This document shows, one piece after another, positions 39,406 to 40,563 of a stretch of 40,563 nt of DNA. Each line of letters begins with the position of its first letter. Within the stretch, counting starts at the first letter, position 1. The notes beneath the pieces were generated by a model. That model did no database searches. It was not told the DNA's origin and saw nothing but the letters and a program-made list of their open reading frames with translations. The translations under genes were made by a program, and so were the position numbers. This stretch comes from a virus (lineage: Duplodnaviria; Heunggongvirae; Uroviricota; Caudoviricetes), in the IMG/VR virus record IMGVR_UViG_2778261280_000005, positions 1 to 40,563 of that record, one strand, 5' to 3'.

Positions 39406-40563
39406 TCACTCCACCTTTTCATCAAGCCAATCTGCCCACCACTGCATCATTTCTCTGCGCTTATCGAGATACTGAGCATGGTTGTAAATTCCACGCACAG
39501 ATCCGCCGTTGGCATGTGCCAGTTGCACTTCAATAGCGTCAGCAGGCCATTCGTGCTCGTTCATAATCGTGCTGAATTCATGCCTGAATCCGTGACCGCT
39601 TTCCAGACCTTCATAGCCGATTTGTTTGATCACAAGTAGCACCGCGTTCTCGCAGATTGGCTTCTTCTTATCGTTGCGCCCGGCAAAAACAAACTCTGAT
39701 ACTGGTTTGGTGATTGAGCTTAGCGTAGTGAGAAGTTCAACCACCTGGTCTGACATCGGGACCACATGAATCTTTCGGCCCTTCATCACACTGGCGTCGA
39801 TGGTGATAATCCTGTTTTCAAAATCGACGTTCTTCCATAGCATGGAACGAAGCTCTTTTGTTCTTAGGGCTGTGTAGCGTAAAACTTTGGTCGCAATGAG
39901 CGATACGATACTTCCTGAAAATGTTGCCAGTGCTTTGTTGAATGCAGGCATCTGGTCTGCTGGAAGGAACGGGAAGTTCTTCTTGCGGTATCCTTTCATG
40001 GCGTCTGCAAGGTCAGGTGCCGGGTTATATTTAGCCCTTCCGGTGACAATAGCGTAACGAAAAACCTCGCCGCATCTTCTGCGGGCTTTGTTGGCTCGCT
40101 CCATTGCACCGCGATCTTCAAATCTGCGGATTACTTCCAGCAGTTGCATCGGCTCAATATCCTGAATTTCAAGGCCGCCGATGATAGGTAAAATGTCGTC
40201 ATCAAACATTTTTGCAAGTTCAGTCGCATACCCTACAGACCAGACTTGCTTCTTGTGCTCGTACCATTCCTTGTAAATCGCACTAAATGAATTGTTGTTA
40301 GACGAAGCTTTTTTCGCCTTTACCGGATCGATGCCAACCGAGATGTCTTTCCTCGCAGTCCATGCCTTATCCCTTGCCTCCTGCAAAGTCATTAGCGGAT
40401 ATTTTCCTACGGTCAGGATTTTCTCCTTACCGTCAATCTTGTAGCGAAGCTGCCATACCTTTTTCCCGGATACAGGGACATAAAGGTACAGGCCATTACC
40501 ATCGAGAAGGCGGTATGGTTTTTCTTTCGGCTTTGCTGCTTCAATCTGCTTAACGGTGAGCAT
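39406..40563 (-). CDS. int: Tyrosine integrase (P4/IntS-type, tRNA-targeting)
   Basis: 385 aa; start codon is the last 3 nt of the window; C-terminal catalytic region with ...HGFRHEF... and ...RGIYNHAQY... (R/H-x-x-R/Y motifs). Confidence 0.9.
   Translation of the reverse strand: MLTVKQIEAAKPKEKPYRLLDGNGLYLYVPVSGKKVWQLRYKIDGKEKILTVGKYPLMTLQEARDKAWTARKDISVGIDPVKAKKASSNNNSFSAIYKEWYEHKKQVWSVGYATELAKMFDDDILPIIGGLEIQDIEPMQLLEVIRRFEDRGAMERANKARRRCGEVFRYAIVTGRAKYNPAPDLADAMKGYRKKNFPFLPADQMPAFNKALATFSGSIVSLIATKVLRYTALRTKELRSMLWKNVDFENRIITIDASVMKGRKIHVVPMSDQVVELLTTLSSITKPVSEFVFAGRNDKKKPICENAVLLVIKQIGYEGLESGHGFRHEFSTIMNEHEWPADAIEVQLAHANGGSVRGIYNHAQYLDKRREMMQWWADWLDEKVE

Larger units (their letters stand above)
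1690..40563. mobile_element. P22-like/lambdoid mosaic prophage, left junction to window edge (right att outside window)
   Basis: Contiguous phage modules in canonical order (xis, early-left, N, cI/cro/cII, replication, nin, Q, lysis, terminase-to-tailspike, oac, int); att-core match at 1690-1704; integrase start codon is the last 3 nt of the window. Confidence 0.85.

Overview
The window holds the 3' end of a host sucrose-utilisation locus (a cscB-like LacY-family permease, 1-1248) followed by an almost complete ~39 kb P22-like/lambdoid mosaic prophage that runs from an att core at 1690-1704 to beyond the right edge. The att core is 15 bp identical to the 3' end of tRNA-Arg argW as I recall it, so the intact tRNA and attR should lie just past the integrase start at 40563. 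Prophage order: AlpA-type excisionase; leftward early operon (unknown cargo genes, DUF551 and Ea22-like proteins, Gp157-like, RecT, N antiterminator with nutL); an AT-rich single-gene moron in the rex position; cI, OR operators, cro, nutR, cII; O-like initiator with internal ori iterons; DnaB-type helicase; nin cluster (NinB/E/F/G/H/I); Q antiterminator; two tandem tRNA genes; lambda-type lysis cassette S/R/Rz/Rz1; Rha; P22-type terminase, portal, scaffold, coat, gp4/10/26/14/7/20/16; Mnt-like repressor; tailspike; O-antigen acetyltransferase; P4-type tyrosine integrase. Family assignments rest on reading the ORF translations against remembered reference proteins and on motifs and gene order; no database search was possible. 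Several ORF-track starts are non-ATG or over-extended and were re-set from RBS and overlap context. The most promising candidate for an undescribed function is the rex-position moron (10182-10478), followed by the two-gene cargo cassette next to xis, the Mnt/tailspike/acetylase serotype-conversion end and the Q-proximal tRNA pair.
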